DNA of 64,000 nt from a bacterium (GCA_963674965.2 CAXXFL010000005.1:96001-160000); one strand, 5' to 3'. Numbered from the stretch's first letter, positions 1 through 9,851 are shown. Program-made: numbers and translations. The notes: a model not told the origin generated them from the sequence alone.

Positions 1-491
1 GAATCCTCGTAGTACTTGCGGACGGGATACTCCTCGACGCTGACGCCGGGCATGGCTATCTTGTTCTCCTCCACCCGGAGGAGAGTAACCGGGCTTATAT
101 CCTCGGCGACCTTCACGGCGATGAAGGGAGACCAGGCGCGGTTCTTTTTGATCCTGGCCCTCAGTTCCGAGGTGGTCGAGTCCAGTATTCCCGCCAGCTT
201 CTGGACGGAGGCGTCGGTGAGGTCAGCCGGCACGACCATGACGTTGCATCCCTGGCGCACGTCGGCCAGCACCCCGTGGTTTCTGTCGTAGATTTTGCCC
301 CTGTTGGCCGGGACCCTGACCGACCGAATCTGATTCTCGTTGGCGTATACGTTCCACAGGTCCCGCTGCACCACCTGCAGAATCCAGAACCTGATGACTA
401 GCAGCCCGAAGGCCCCCAGCGCGAGGTAGAGCCACACGGTCAGCCTGTTCCTGAGGATTTGTCTCTCGAGCTCGCTTAAGTGGAGGGCCAT
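1..491 (-). CDS. mrdA: Penicillin-binding protein 2, N-terminal part (runs off the window edge)
   Basis: Manual translation from ATG at 491 (GGAGG RBS): MALHLSELERQILRNRLTVWLYLALGAFGLLVIRFWILQVVQ...NQIRSVRVPANRGKIYDRN, i.e. a TM anchor plus the RGxIxDRN motif; directly downstream of mreD. Confidence 0.9.
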   Translation of the reverse strand, partial: MALHLSELERQILRNRLTVWLYLALGAFGLLVIRFWILQVVQRDLWNVYANENQIRSVRVPANRGKIYDRNHGVLADVRQGCNVMVVPADLTDASVQKLAGILDSTTSELRARIKKNRAWSPFIAVKVAEDISPVTLLRVEENKIAMPGVSVEEYPVRKYYED

Positions 492-501
492 GATTATCCT
501 C

Positions 502-1008
502 CTATACCGCCGGTCCTTTTCGTCTTTCGACGAAGCCGGGTATAAGCAGGAAAGGATAGTAGATAATCGGGGTTAAGGCCGCGTTAATAAAGGTCCCGCA
601 CAGCACCAGGGCGACGAACCTGGGAGTTATCTGGTAAGGGTCCCCGAACACGAGGGCCAGGACCAGTATCATGACCCTGTCCAAGGCGCCCAGAAGCAGG
701 GCCATTGAAAACTTGGCAAGGGAGGCGTCCGGGCTGAGTTTTCCCTTCAGCAAGTAGGCCCCGATAAAAATGGCGACCCTGGCGAACATGTGAAGGCCCG
801 CCACGTCGGCCGAGAACACGTCCTGGAGGAAGCCCAGGCCAAAGCTCATAATGGCCCCATGGACGGGGTCCTTGTAAATCCCGATGATGACGACCATGAC
901 GAAGATGAAGTCCACCATCATCTTGTCCCCGGCGAAGCGGGCCATGGTGGTCTGTATCACGATCATGGCGAAGGCCAGGGCGCCCACCCACAGGTACTGC
1001 TTGATCAT
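502..1008 (-). CDS. mreD: Rod shape-determining protein MreD
   Basis: 168-aa polytopic membrane protein with GFLQDVFS motif, lying between mreC and mrdA. Confidence 0.88.
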   Translation of the reverse strand: MIKQYLWVGALAFAMIVIQTTMARFAGDKMMVDFIFVMVVIIGIYKDPVHGAIMSFGLGFLQDVFSADVAGLHMFARVAIFIGAYLLKGKLSPDASLAKFSMALLLGALDRVMILVLALVFGDPYQITPRFVALVLCGTFINAALTPIIYYPFLLIPGFVERRKGPAV

Positions 1009-1868
1009 GGGGCCTCCTGGCGGGGGATAATGACCATGACCTCCTCCAGCCGCGAGAAGTCCACCACCGGTTTGACCCTTATCTTCCTCCTGAAGGTGGC
1101 CTCGTCAAGGGTCACGTCCATGACCCTGCCCACCGGCCATCCCTTGAGGAAAACGCCGCCCGCGCCGGAGGATATAAGCAGGTCGCCGACCTTGAGGTCG
1201 TCCTGCTGGTTGGTGTAGAGCCACTCGGCCTCGTCCGTCTCGGGTCTTCCCGCCACCACTCCCCAGGCGCGGCTTGACTCCCTTTGATCGATAACGCCCA
1301 CCCGGCTTCTGCGGTCGATGATTAACAGCACCTGGCTCGAGCCCAGCCCGATACCCGACCCGGTCTCGTCGAGAATCTGGCCTACCAGGGCGCTGTCGTA
1401 GGTGATGACCGCCATCCGCGGCCTCACGCCGTCGCGGGACCCCTTGTCAATGGTGATTGTCTTGTTCAGTCCGCCCATGTTTCTGGCGATAACCTCGGCG
1501 GGTATCCAACTCTTGATGTCCTCCCGAGGCTTGAAGTTGAGCATGCGGCGAAGCCGCTCGTTCTCTATGGCCTGCTCGCGAAGCCGGTAGTTTTTTCTCC
1601 TTGCCTCCTCGAGTTCCCTCTTAAGGCGCTTGTTCTCGTCCTCTATGCCGATGAGGAAAACGTACTTACTGAAGCGGTCGCCAACGCCGTTTTGCATTCC
1701 CGTTACCGACTCCTGGCACCATCCCATGGCGGATATGATGGACCGGGAGAAAAAGCTGACCTTTTTGTTCCTGGATGAATTCATGGAAAGGGTAATAAAG
1801 GACGCTAAAAGGAGGGCCGTCGGAACGACGACGTTTTGATATCTTCTGAACCATTCTATGAAAAGCAT
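1005..1868 (-). CDS. mreC: Rod shape-determining protein MreC
   Basis: N-terminal TM, coiled coil (ENERLRRML), TITIDKGSRDGV, GDLLISSGAGGVFLKGWPVG; follows mreB. Confidence 0.95.
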   Translation of the reverse strand: MLFIEWFRRYQNVVVPTALLLASFITLSMNSSRNKKVSFFSRSIISAMGWCQESVTGMQNGVGDRFSKYVFLIGIEDENKRLKRELEEARRKNYRLREQAIENERLRRMLNFKPREDIKSWIPAEVIARNMGGLNKTITIDKGSRDGVRPRMAVITYDSALVGQILDETGSGIGLGSSQVLLIIDRRSRVGVIDQRESSRAWGVVAGRPETDEAEWLYTNQQDDLKVGDLLISSGAGGVFLKGWPVGRVMDVTLDEATFRRKIRVKPVVDFSRLEEVMVIIPRQEAP

Positions 1869-1910
1869 GTCGGCACCAGGGCGGGGCGAGGCTTACCTTT
1901 CCCCTCGGTA

Positions 1911-2948
1911 TCAGTCGATCTCAATGGCCTCTAGCAAGGCGTCGTCGTCAAGGGCCTTGCCGGCCCCCAGGCAGACGCAGCAGAGCGGGTCCTCCGCCAG
2001 CATGACGGGCAGCCCCGTCTCCTCCCTGAGCAGAACGTCCATGTGCGAGAGAATACCGCCGCCTCCGGCGAGCACGATGCCCTTGTCCACGATGTCGGAG
2101 GCCAGCTCGGGTGGCGTGCGCTCGAGGGCCTGCCTGACCGTGTCCACTATGGCGTTGATGGTCTCGGACAAGGCCTCGAGGACCTCCTCCGAGCTGACCT
2201 CGATGGTCTTGGGTATGCCCGCCACCAGGTCCCTTCCCTTCACCTCGACCCTCTTTACGGGCGCCGAGGGGTGCGCCACGCCGATCCTAGTTTTGATGTC
2301 CTCGGCCGTGCGCTCGCCGATAAGCAGGTTATATTTGCGCTTGATATATTGAACGATGGCCTCGTCCATCTTGTCGCCCGCTATGCGCACCGACTGGCTG
2401 AAGACGATCCCCGACAGGGAGATCACCGCCACCTCGGTGGTGCCGCCGCCTATATCGACCACCATGTTTCCCGAGGGCTCGCTGATGGGAAGGCCCGAGC
2501 CTATGGCCGCGGCCATGGGCTCCTCGATCAGGTGGACCTTGCTGGCCCCCGCGCTGATGGCGGACTCGCGAACGGCGCGCTTCTCCACCTCGGTAATGCC
2601 GAAGGGAACGCAAATGACGATGCGGGGCCGAACGAAGCTGTTGCGGTGATGGGCCTTTTTAATAAAATACCTGAGCATGGACTCGGTGATCATAAAGTCG
2701 GCGATGACGCCGTCCTTCATGGGACGTATGGCCTGGATGCTGCCGGGCGTCCGGCCGAGCATGTCCTTGGCGTACTCCCCCACGGCCAGGACCTCGTCCC
2801 GACCGGTCCTGGGGTGCTTATGCACGGCCACGACCGAGGGCTCGTTGATCACGATGCCCTTGCCCCTGACGAAAACGAGGGTGTTGGCCGTGCCCAGGTC
2901 TATTGCCAGGTCATGCGTAAAAAGTGAAAATAAGCGGCCCAATACCAT
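1911..2948 (-). CDS. mreB: Actin-like rod shape-determining protein MreB
   Basis: [45 protein letters not shown] motifs. Confidence 0.98.
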   Translation of the reverse strand: MVLGRLFSLFTHDLAIDLGTANTLVFVRGKGIVINEPSVVAVHKHPRTGRDEVLAVGEYAKDMLGRTPGSIQAIRPMKDGVIADFMITESMLRYFIKKAHHRNSFVRPRIVICVPFGITEVEKRAVRESAISAGASKVHLIEEPMAAAIGSGLPISEPSGNMVVDIGGGTTEVAVISLSGIVFSQSVRIAGDKMDEAIVQYIKRKYNLLIGERTAEDIKTRIGVAHPSAPVKRVEVKGRDLVAGIPKTIEVSSEEVLEALSETINAIVDTVRQALERTPPELASDIVDKGIVLAGGGGILSHMDVLLREETGLPVMLAEDPLCCVCLGAGKALDDDALLEAIEID

Positions 2949-3158
2949 TTTTATTTGACCTTTGGAACCTCGTTACTTGAAGCGGGGCCCGCCGGGACGA
3001 GCCTGACCGCCCGCGGGAGCAAGCCGCGAATTTATCCCCCAACTATCCAAGTTATTAATCATAACAAAAAGGAAGGGTTAACACAATCCCGAGATTGTTT
3101 CTCGGCTTCAGCGTTCACCTCCGGCCATGTTGCCCGAAGACTATTGGCGGCCGGCGAG

Positions 3159-3198
3159 AAAAAAAGTCCCGACGCCGATAGGCCGGCGCCGGGACTTT
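3159..3198 (-). terminator. Intrinsic terminator downstream of the giant lipoprotein gene
   Basis: On the minus strand: stem GTCCCGGCGCCG / CGGCGTCGGGAC (one G-U pair), 6-nt loop, then a run of 7 T. Confidence 0.7.
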
Positions 3199-3213
3199 CC
3201 AAATATTCGAGGC

Positions 3214-6200
3214 TCAAGCCTTTTGTTTTTTCGCCGCCACTCTGAAGGCCAGGATCAGGATGAGGGGAAGGGCGAAAATAGCTATCTGGACGAACGCTTT
3301 CATACTGTCGCTTTTGCCCAGGGAGAAATCTTTCCCCATCTGGCACATGAGGTAGGACTGTCCCTTCCTGAGGGCGTAGCCTATATGGTCGAGTTTTCTC
3401 ATGTCGTAGTAGGTGTTCGGCGCGGATTGCTCCATTTTTTTATATTGATTGAAGAACATGCCGTAAACGGGATAATTGTAATCGTCGAGACCCGCGTCGA
3501 CCACGGTTGGGTGCGCGTAGGCCCAGGCGTCGCCCGACGAGAGCAGGATGCCCAGGTCCACCGCCGTGGGCCACACCAGGGGCGGAATGTCTCCCCTCAG
3601 GTTTTCCCAGTTCACCCCGTCCAGGGACCGGGCCACTCCCACGTTAACGTCGGCGCTATACGACTCGTCAATGCCTTTCTTTTCCGTGTCCATGAGGCCG
3701 GTGAAGAACATCAGGTACATCGTTCCGTCGCCGTCCGGGCTGGTGGTGGTTTTGATCTCCGGGCTGTAGGCCCCGTCATAATTGGTTTCCGGCTTGAGGC
3801 TTACGCTGATGAGGTCGCCCAGGTCGCCCAGGTCGATGGCGAAGTCGAAGTTGCCGGCGCACTGTTGCCCCACGTCGAGCACGGGCTTGGACCTGTAGTT
3901 CCAGCAGTTCCTCCAGGCCATGGGGTCCGTCTCGTTATTTCGCAGGCAATGTATGTCCGCCGTGGCCAAGCCGATCCTCGGGGCCAGCATGACGCCGTTA
4001 TCGTTGTCAACCGCGTTGGCGAAGTCCTCGTAGGACAGCATGGGCTCGCGGTAATAGATCGAGGTTTCTTCCCTTATCGCGTTCTGCTCGTCGTCCACCT
4101 TATATTTTATTTCCTTGTCTCCCCAGAAACCGTCAAGACCAACCCGGTGACACTCTCCCAAGCCGGCGAGGGCCCCTTTCGACTCCCGGAAGGGATCGGG
4201 AATGGTTTCCCATCCGAAGCCGGTGTAATAAAGATAAATATTGTTGCCGCGCACTATGGCGTCGGACCCGAAGGTTTGGTAGGCGTCGAATCCCGTAAAC
4301 TCGCCGTCGTCAAGATCGGCCAGATCGCCGGGATCGTACAACTGGCTGTCGTTGTAAAGAGCGATGGTGTTGGCTCGGCCGTCTTCTCCTGAAACCACGC
4401 ACGGATAATCGGGCTTTCCGGTCCCGATCCAGGAGTTGAGTATGTCGTCGCCCAAGGCGTAGCTGTTGACCACCCCGTCGGCGCCCGCGTTAATCTTGAC
4501 GACTCCGTCCCCATACCGCCGTATCTCGTCGGCCAGGGCGTAAGTCTGAAGGGTCCCGTCAACGCCGGAGTCGATGATGGGCCATCCCCGGCTCTTGTTG
4601 TTCGGGTCGGTCGATCCCTTGTTAAAGCCTATGATTTGATCGTCGCCGGCCCCCACGCAGCTTTGATTGATGCCGTTTCGGCCCGTGGTAACGTGGAACC
4701 CTTCATCGGCGCTCCATTTGATCTTGTCGTCGAACCTGACGCCGTAATCCTTGTAAACCACGTACTCGACCCACACCTCGCCGTTAAGGTCGTCCTGGAC
4801 CTCCTCGGCCATCATGGTGTAGCAGGGCTGCTCGATGACGTCTCCATATTGTTCCCACATGTTGAAAAGGTCCTCGCCCCTGTCAACCTCCATCCTGTGG
4901 TTGATGGTGTAACTCTGGAAATAGCCGTTCTCTCCGGGACAAATTCCTATGCCCTGGCCGGTGAAACAGAACTCGTCGTCATATCGGGAATAGTAATCGA
5001 CCTTGGCGGGAAAAGCCCGGATCAGGGGCTCGTACCCGCCGGGCGGAACGGCCCACTCCAGGTCCATCTGCGACGGAGAATTGACGTACATGGGCCAGAC
5101 GGTCATGATTCTATTCGAGCGTTTCACCACCGGCATGTTGATCACGGGGGGCACCACCGAGCGCATATCGATGGTGATTTCTATGCCCGGGCATATGGCG
5201 CTGTTCCCGTCCATGGTCTCGCAGCGATGATCGCCTCCCAATACGTACTCGAAATTCTGAATGTCCATGATGGTATAAGACCACATGACCGTGTAGCCCT
5301 CGGCCACGTCCACCAGGGTGTCCAGAATTCCATTGTCGCCGGCGCCGATACAAACGACTTCCCTTTCCGGGAAATCGGGCATCGATCCGAGAATGGGGGC
5401 CAGAAAGGGAGTCCATAGAGGAGGATATGGGTAAGAAGAGGGGCTGTGCTGGGGGTCGATACATCTCGTGATGGCGTCGTCGCCAGCGATGTTCAAATAA
5501 ATGTCGTCCCATCCGAACTTTCCGTCGTTGCCCGGGCAAATGGCCGCGACCGTGCCGCCGTCCGCGGGCCTTCCCAGGCACAGCTCGTCGTCGCCCTTCC
5601 ACTTCTTCAGGACGTTATCGACCGTCTGAAGCTTGCCGTCGCCGCCGGCCTCGATCGAGACCGGCTCTTCCCCGGTGCGGGGGTCGATGGGCACGCCCAG
5701 GGCGCACTTGTCGAAGTTTTCTCCCATCTCCAGAAACGCGCAGTTCTGCTCCCTTAAATACTTGGTCGGGTACAATGACTCGCCGTCAACCAGGAAGCTC
5801 GCCTCGTTCCATCGGTCGTCTCCGAAAAGGAACCCGCTCTGGTTGGAGCCTCCCAGGGGCTGGAGCGCCCGCACCGTGGCCCCGGCTACCAAGTCGTGAA
5901 GCATGGGATTGTCGGGATTGGCCGGCCCATAGAACTCGACGGAGTTGAAGTATTGGTCGTCCGCCATGAGAGGATGGGGCCAAACCTGATATCTATTCAG
6001 GTCGCCATCGTAATAAAGTACTCTTGGTATCCTGTCGTAAGCCTGGTACTTGGGCGCGAAATAGGTGTTGATTATTCCGTCGGCCCCGGCGTAAATGGTC
6101 CTTCCCTCCTCCACGTCCACCAGGGCGCTGGACTCGAGCCATTGGTTGGAACCGAAAGTGACTGCCGGCAGGCCGGGATATGCCGAGGGAGTAGTGGTCC

Positions 6201-7818
6201 GAACCCCGAGCAAAGTAGCGCCGTCCATCACCTGGACCGTTGCCCCGTCGGACTTTTGCCCGTAATACATCATCTCGGGGAAAGCGGCCTCGTCCCCGGG
6301 ACCAGGCAGGGTCTCGCAGAACCCCCACCTTCCGGAGGAAACAACGGGGGCGTCCCGAGCGAAATCTATTTCTTCCGTGCCCAACAGGCCGGCCCTTCTG
6401 TTAAGGGGGGAGACGGCCGTTCTTTGTTCGGTTATTCCGGAAAGGTCCCATATCAGGCCCTCCTGGCCGTCCTCGCTCTCGATCATGTAAATTTCCATGC
6501 CGTAATCGATAAACATGAGAAGGCTGTCCTTGTCGGGGGACTTGACCACGCTGACTTCACTTTGGAATTTCGAGGGAACGTTGGTCTTGGTCCCGATAAA
6601 AAACTCGCCGTCGTTGATGGCGCTCTTCACGTCGGCCTCCTGGTACTGGATATTGCCGTCCCCCGCGCCGTAAATCTGGGAGTTGCACATCTCGAAAACG
6701 CCGTGGTCGCCCTCGTCCCCCGACCCGGGAACGCCGTCGCAGTCGGGCCACAGGTCCTCGATCTCGGTGTCGAAGTCCTCCGGCTCGAACACCTTGCCTC
6801 CATTCAGTTTCGAGTTGCCGCTCCTGGCGGGCTGGATCGCGGCCCGGGCGATATAGTTGTCCGTGGGATTGGTCAAGGGAGCCTCGAAGAACAGGTAATA
6901 CTGATTCTCGGCCGCCGATATGCAGTCGTTAGGGGTCAGGGTTTCCACCCTGATGTAATAGGTGCCCTCGTCGAGGACCTGGTACACGAAGGGGTCAAGG
7001 TAAAGGTAGTTGTCGAACCCCCTGGTGGAGGCCGTCAGTTCATTGCCGTCCTCGTCCTCGATGGAGAGCCGGAAGCGATGGAGGTTTTGATTACGGGCGA
7101 TCAGGGTCGTCCTCCAGGTAGTGAACCTTACCGAGGCCGCGATGATCGTGCCAGGGTTGAAAACCCTGAACCTCCAGTAGTCAATATCATAGGGGTCGTT
7201 GACCATTCCCTCGATAATATAGTTTTCCGTTTCGGGCAGAGTGTCCAGGACTATGGCGGTGGCCCTTGTTTCACCCGCGTTGTCCTCCCCGCAGGCCAAA
7301 CCGTCGTAGATGCCGACCGGCGCGGAGTTCAGCCCTCTCCCGTCCGTGTACCAGAACTTGAGCGAGCCGTTGGCCACCATGGCCTCGGGACGGTTCGAGG
7401 ATACCTTCGCCCCCGAGGAACTTCCGCTTTTATACTTCAACGTCAGGCTTGGCTCGTCGCCATTGTGAGTAAAGTTGTAGTAGTCCTTATCGTCGGGATC
7501 GTTGCTCGGGTAGTAGACTTCGTCTCCCACGTAGTAGTTCACTCCACCTCCGTCGAGGTCGGCGATCTCGCCGTTGGCCACCTGATAAATAAGAAATTTA
7601 CCATAGTAGGTTTCCTCGATCCCCTCCGGGTCCGTGGGCTCGGGCGGGTCGTCCGCCTCGGGCAGAAGTCCCAGGCCGGGTATGAAACATCCGGTCAGCG
7701 CCAGATTGGAGAAAGCGACCGTAAGGAAAAGGGACGTCACGAGGAAAAGTCTTCCCAACCCGATCCTCGAGTTATTAATATTGTCCTTCATAAGAGCACC
7801 TCCATTGTCACTCGCCAT
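3214..7818 (-). CDS. Very large predicted lipoprotein (1534 aa): PPC-like domain, internal acidic repeats, GH32/43-like beta-propeller blades, C-terminal TM tail
   Basis: Lipobox LALTGC after a hydrophobic stretch; PPC-like segment (DIDYWRF...GTYYIRV); blade-like segments (IYLYYTG, RIGLATAD, YLMFFTG, VGVARSLDGVNW, AYAHPTVV); ends FVQIAIFALPLILILAFRVAAKKQKA. Start may be 7791 (also has an RBS). Confidence 0.75.
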   Translation of the reverse strand: MASDNGGALMKDNINNSRIGLGRLFLVTSLFLTVAFSNLALTGCFIPGLGLLPEADDPPEPTDPEGIEETYYGKFLIYQVANGEIADLDGGGVNYYVGDEVYYPSNDPDDKDYYNFTHNGDEPSLTLKYKSGSSSGAKVSSNRPEAMVANGSLKFWYTDGRGLNSAPVGIYDGLACGEDNAGETRATAIVLDTLPETENYIIEGMVNDPYDIDYWRFRVFNPGTIIAASVRFTTWRTTLIARNQNLHRFRLSIEDEDGNELTASTRGFDNYLYLDPFVYQVLDEGTYYIRVETLTPNDCISAAENQYYLFFEAPLTNPTDNYIARAAIQPARSGNSKLNGGKVFEPEDFDTEIEDLWPDCDGVPGSGDEGDHGVFEMCNSQIYGAGDGNIQYQEADVKSAINDGEFFIGTKTNVPSKFQSEVSVVKSPDKDSLLMFIDYGMEIYMIESEDGQEGLIWDLSGITEQRTAVSPLNRRAGLLGTEEIDFARDAPVVSSGRWGFCETLPGPGDEAAFPEMMYYGQKSDGATVQVMDGATLLGVRTTTPSAYPGLPAVTFGSNQWLESSALVDVEEGRTIYAGADGIINTYFAPKYQAYDRIPRVLYYDGDLNRYQVWPHPLMADDQYFNSVEFYGPANPDNPMLHDLVAGATVRALQPLGGSNQSGFLFGDDRWNEASFLVDGESLYPTKYLREQNCAFLEMGENFDKCALGVPIDPRTGEEPVSIEAGGDGKLQTVDNVLKKWKGDDELCLGRPADGGTVAAICPGNDGKFGWDDIYLNIAGDDAITRCIDPQHSPSSYPYPPLWTPFLAPILGSMPDFPEREVVCIGAGDNGILDTLVDVAEGYTVMWSYTIMDIQNFEYVLGGDHRCETMDGNSAICPGIEITIDMRSVVPPVINMPVVKRSNRIMTVWPMYVNSPSQMDLEWAVPPGGYEPLIRAFPAKVDYYSRYDDEFCFTGQGIGICPGENGYFQSYTINHRMEVDRGEDLFNMWEQYGDVIEQPCYTMMAEEVQDDLNGEVWVEYVVYKDYGVRFDDKIKWSADEGFHVTTGRNGINQSCVGAGDDQIIGFNKGSTDPNNKSRGWPIIDSGVDGTLQTYALADEIRRYGDGVVKINAGADGVVNSYALGDDILNSWIGTGKPDYPCVVSGEDGRANTIALYNDSQLYDPGDLADLDDGEFTGFDAYQTFGSDAIVRGNNIYLYYTGFGWETIPDPFRESKGALAGLGECHRVGLDGFWGDKEIKYKVDDEQNAIREETSIYYREPMLSYEDFANAVDNDNGVMLAPRIGLATADIHCLRNNETDPMAWRNCWNYRSKPVLDVGQQCAGNFDFAIDLGDLGDLISVSLKPETNYDGAYSPEIKTTTSPDGDGTMYLMFFTGLMDTEKKGIDESYSADVNVGVARSLDGVNWENLRGDIPPLVWPTAVDLGILLSSGDAWAYAHPTVVDAGLDDYNYPVYGMFFNQYKKMEQSAPNTYYDMRKLDHIGYALRKGQSYLMCQMGKDFSLGKSDSMKAFVQIAIFALPLILILAFRVAAKKQKA

Positions 7819-7831
7819 TTTTCCTCTCCCC

Positions 7832-9277
7832 TCACTTCCACCAGGTTACCTGGACGCCGAACTGGGTTATGCTTCCCGAGGTCTCGACGTAGAAGTCCTC
7901 GATGGGCAGGGAACCCCACTGGTCCGGGCGCAGGTTGTAATCCCTGTCATCCAGCGTCGTTTGCTGGAAATGGAAATCGATCTCTATCCTCGGAGGATTG
8001 AGCGGGTTCCTGACGGCGCGTTTTCCCTTGGTTTTGTCCCAGCCCACGCCCAGCCCGAAGGAGTAAACGTCAGCGTCCGAGTCGACCATCGCCACCTGCC
8101 ACTCGTAGATCGCGTCGGGCTGCGGCGACACCCAGTGATAGTATCCGCCCCTGACCGACATTTTCATATTGTTCAGGTTCTTGAGCTTCCAGACCCTGAC
8201 GGCGCTGGGAACGTCTCCCACGTACTCGAAACCGTACCTGTCGAACTCGATGTTCTCGAGTCCCGGGTCCTTGATGGCCAGTTCCTGGAAAAAGCCCGGC
8301 GTGAATATGGTGGAGGCGCTCCAGTCGTACATCTTCGAGGAAGGATAGAATCCCTGCCAGTTTTGGGCCTCATGGGAATAGGCCAGGGTCATAAGGCCGT
8401 CGGTCCAGGGCACGGGCACGTGGGCCGCGGCCCCGTACACGGTGGTCTCGACCTGGCCCGGCGCCTTCATCTCGATGAAGTAAAACTGGTCCTCTCCCAT
8501 GATGCCGCCCTGGCCGCCGGCCAGCTGCAGGCGGATGTGGTAAGTGGACCAGCTCTCGGGAGCGTAGGAGTATCCGAAGCTGAAGTATTTTATCGGGCGA
8601 AGCGTCACGTTGAAGCCCGTGGTGTAATCCTCGCCCTCGTCTCCTCCCACCGAGAAACTCATGCCCTCGAGGTTCGAGTAGACCACGCCCGTTCCAATGC
8701 CCAGGACCGCCTCGAGGAGCGGGTCGACCACGAGCTGGTAATTCGAGGTTGAAATAAGGGAGTCCTTTTGGGCCGCGTTAATGCCCACCGCGAGCCAGTC
8801 CGTGATCCGAAAGCCCATGCCCGCGTTCAGTATAATGGGGAAGGGATCATTGTACTGGTCCCAACTCCAATTGGGGGGGCCGCCGCCGGTGATGGCGCCC
8901 AGGTCCAGGTCAACGATGTTGCCCAGCGAGGAAGTGTTCATGCCCACGACCAGTCCAGCCCCAATGCGGTCCCGGAGGAACCGCCGGTTGATGCCGAACT
9001 TGGCCACGAAACCGTCCTCGATGTCCTGCTCGCCGTTAATCTCCAGATTGTTCGTGACGGACGAAAACTGGATGGAACTGGAGTCCCTGGAGAGCGCCAG
9101 AGCGGAGGAATTGTAATAAACGGCCTCCCATCCGTTGGCAATGCTGACCATGGCCCCTCCCATTGCCGTACCGCGGGAGGAAACTCCCAGCGTGTCCATC
9201 GTACCCTTGGGGTAAGCCGTGACGGACAACGTCAGCGCTACCGCGATAACCCCTAATACCGCCGCCTTTCTGATCAT
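7832..9277 (-). CDS. Outer-membrane beta-barrel, FadL/OmpP1/TodX-like
   Basis: Signal peptide; N-terminal GVSSRGTAMGGAMVSIANGWEAVYYNSSALA matches the FadL hatch pattern (xxxMGGA...A.yyNPA); amphipathic strands; ends QFGVQVTWWK. Confidence 0.75.
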   Translation of the reverse strand: MIRKAAVLGVIAVALTLSVTAYPKGTMDTLGVSSRGTAMGGAMVSIANGWEAVYYNSSALALSRDSSSIQFSSVTNNLEINGEQDIEDGFVAKFGINRRFLRDRIGAGLVVGMNTSSLGNIVDLDLGAITGGGPPNWSWDQYNDPFPIILNAGMGFRITDWLAVGINAAQKDSLISTSNYQLVVDPLLEAVLGIGTGVVYSNLEGMSFSVGGDEGEDYTTGFNVTLRPIKYFSFGYSYAPESWSTYHIRLQLAGGQGGIMGEDQFYFIEMKAPGQVETTVYGAAAHVPVPWTDGLMTLAYSHEAQNWQGFYPSSKMYDWSASTIFTPGFFQELAIKDPGLENIEFDRYGFEYVGDVPSAVRVWKLKNLNNMKMSVRGGYYHWVSPQPDAIYEWQVAMVDSDADVYSFGLGVGWDKTKGKRAVRNPLNPPRIEIDFHFQQTTLDDRDYNLRPDQWGSLPIEDFYVETSGSITQFGVQVTWWK

Positions 9278-9851
9278 AAAACCCTCCCAAACGCAACAAT
9301 AGCCTCAGCCGTTGATGATTGTATAAACCATCGGCAATAGTTAATGAATGGCCTTGTATCTAAAGCACCCCACTTCCCGAGTTCACCACTATTTATGAAA
9401 AAAACCGACCGATGTCAAGTGAAAAGTAAACATAGCCTTAAATCAAAGATTAATTTTTTCCCGAGGGGTAAAAGAAAACCCCGCCGGCGAGACCGGGCGA
9501 AAAGGGAGAGCAAAATGTATTTTATTATTATATTTCAACATATTATCAATAAACGAGGCTTCCGATGCAAATGGAATTACCCTGAAATACAAAGGCCGGC
9601 TACCGTGCCCGTTTAAGGTTTACAATTTCGGTAGCGGGAAGCCGCGGGAAAGGAAAATATCAATCGATATTGTAGTCGATCGGCGTGATATTGCGAATAC
9701 GAAAGAGAGTTGAACAAGATGGCGGAAAATATCCTTTCACAACAAACCGGCGGTCCATTTATAAAATCCAGCCTGATCCAGGCCGGACAACAAGGACCGG
9801 CGCCATGGCTATAAGGTCTTGACCGCCGGTTCAATTCCCCCGGGCCGCCGT

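Noticed and set aside
5896-8001. 701-aa plus-strand ORF, and similar long ORFs at 3127-4392, 24715-26295, 41098-42399, 42640-43971, 54661-55818
   Set aside because: Antisense shadows of well-supported genes, expected with strong GC3 bias; no motifs or RBS
9820-9850. GGTTCAATTCC resembling a tRNA T-loop
   Set aside because: Flanking bases do not form a 5-bp T-stem, and no acceptor or anticodon arms can be built
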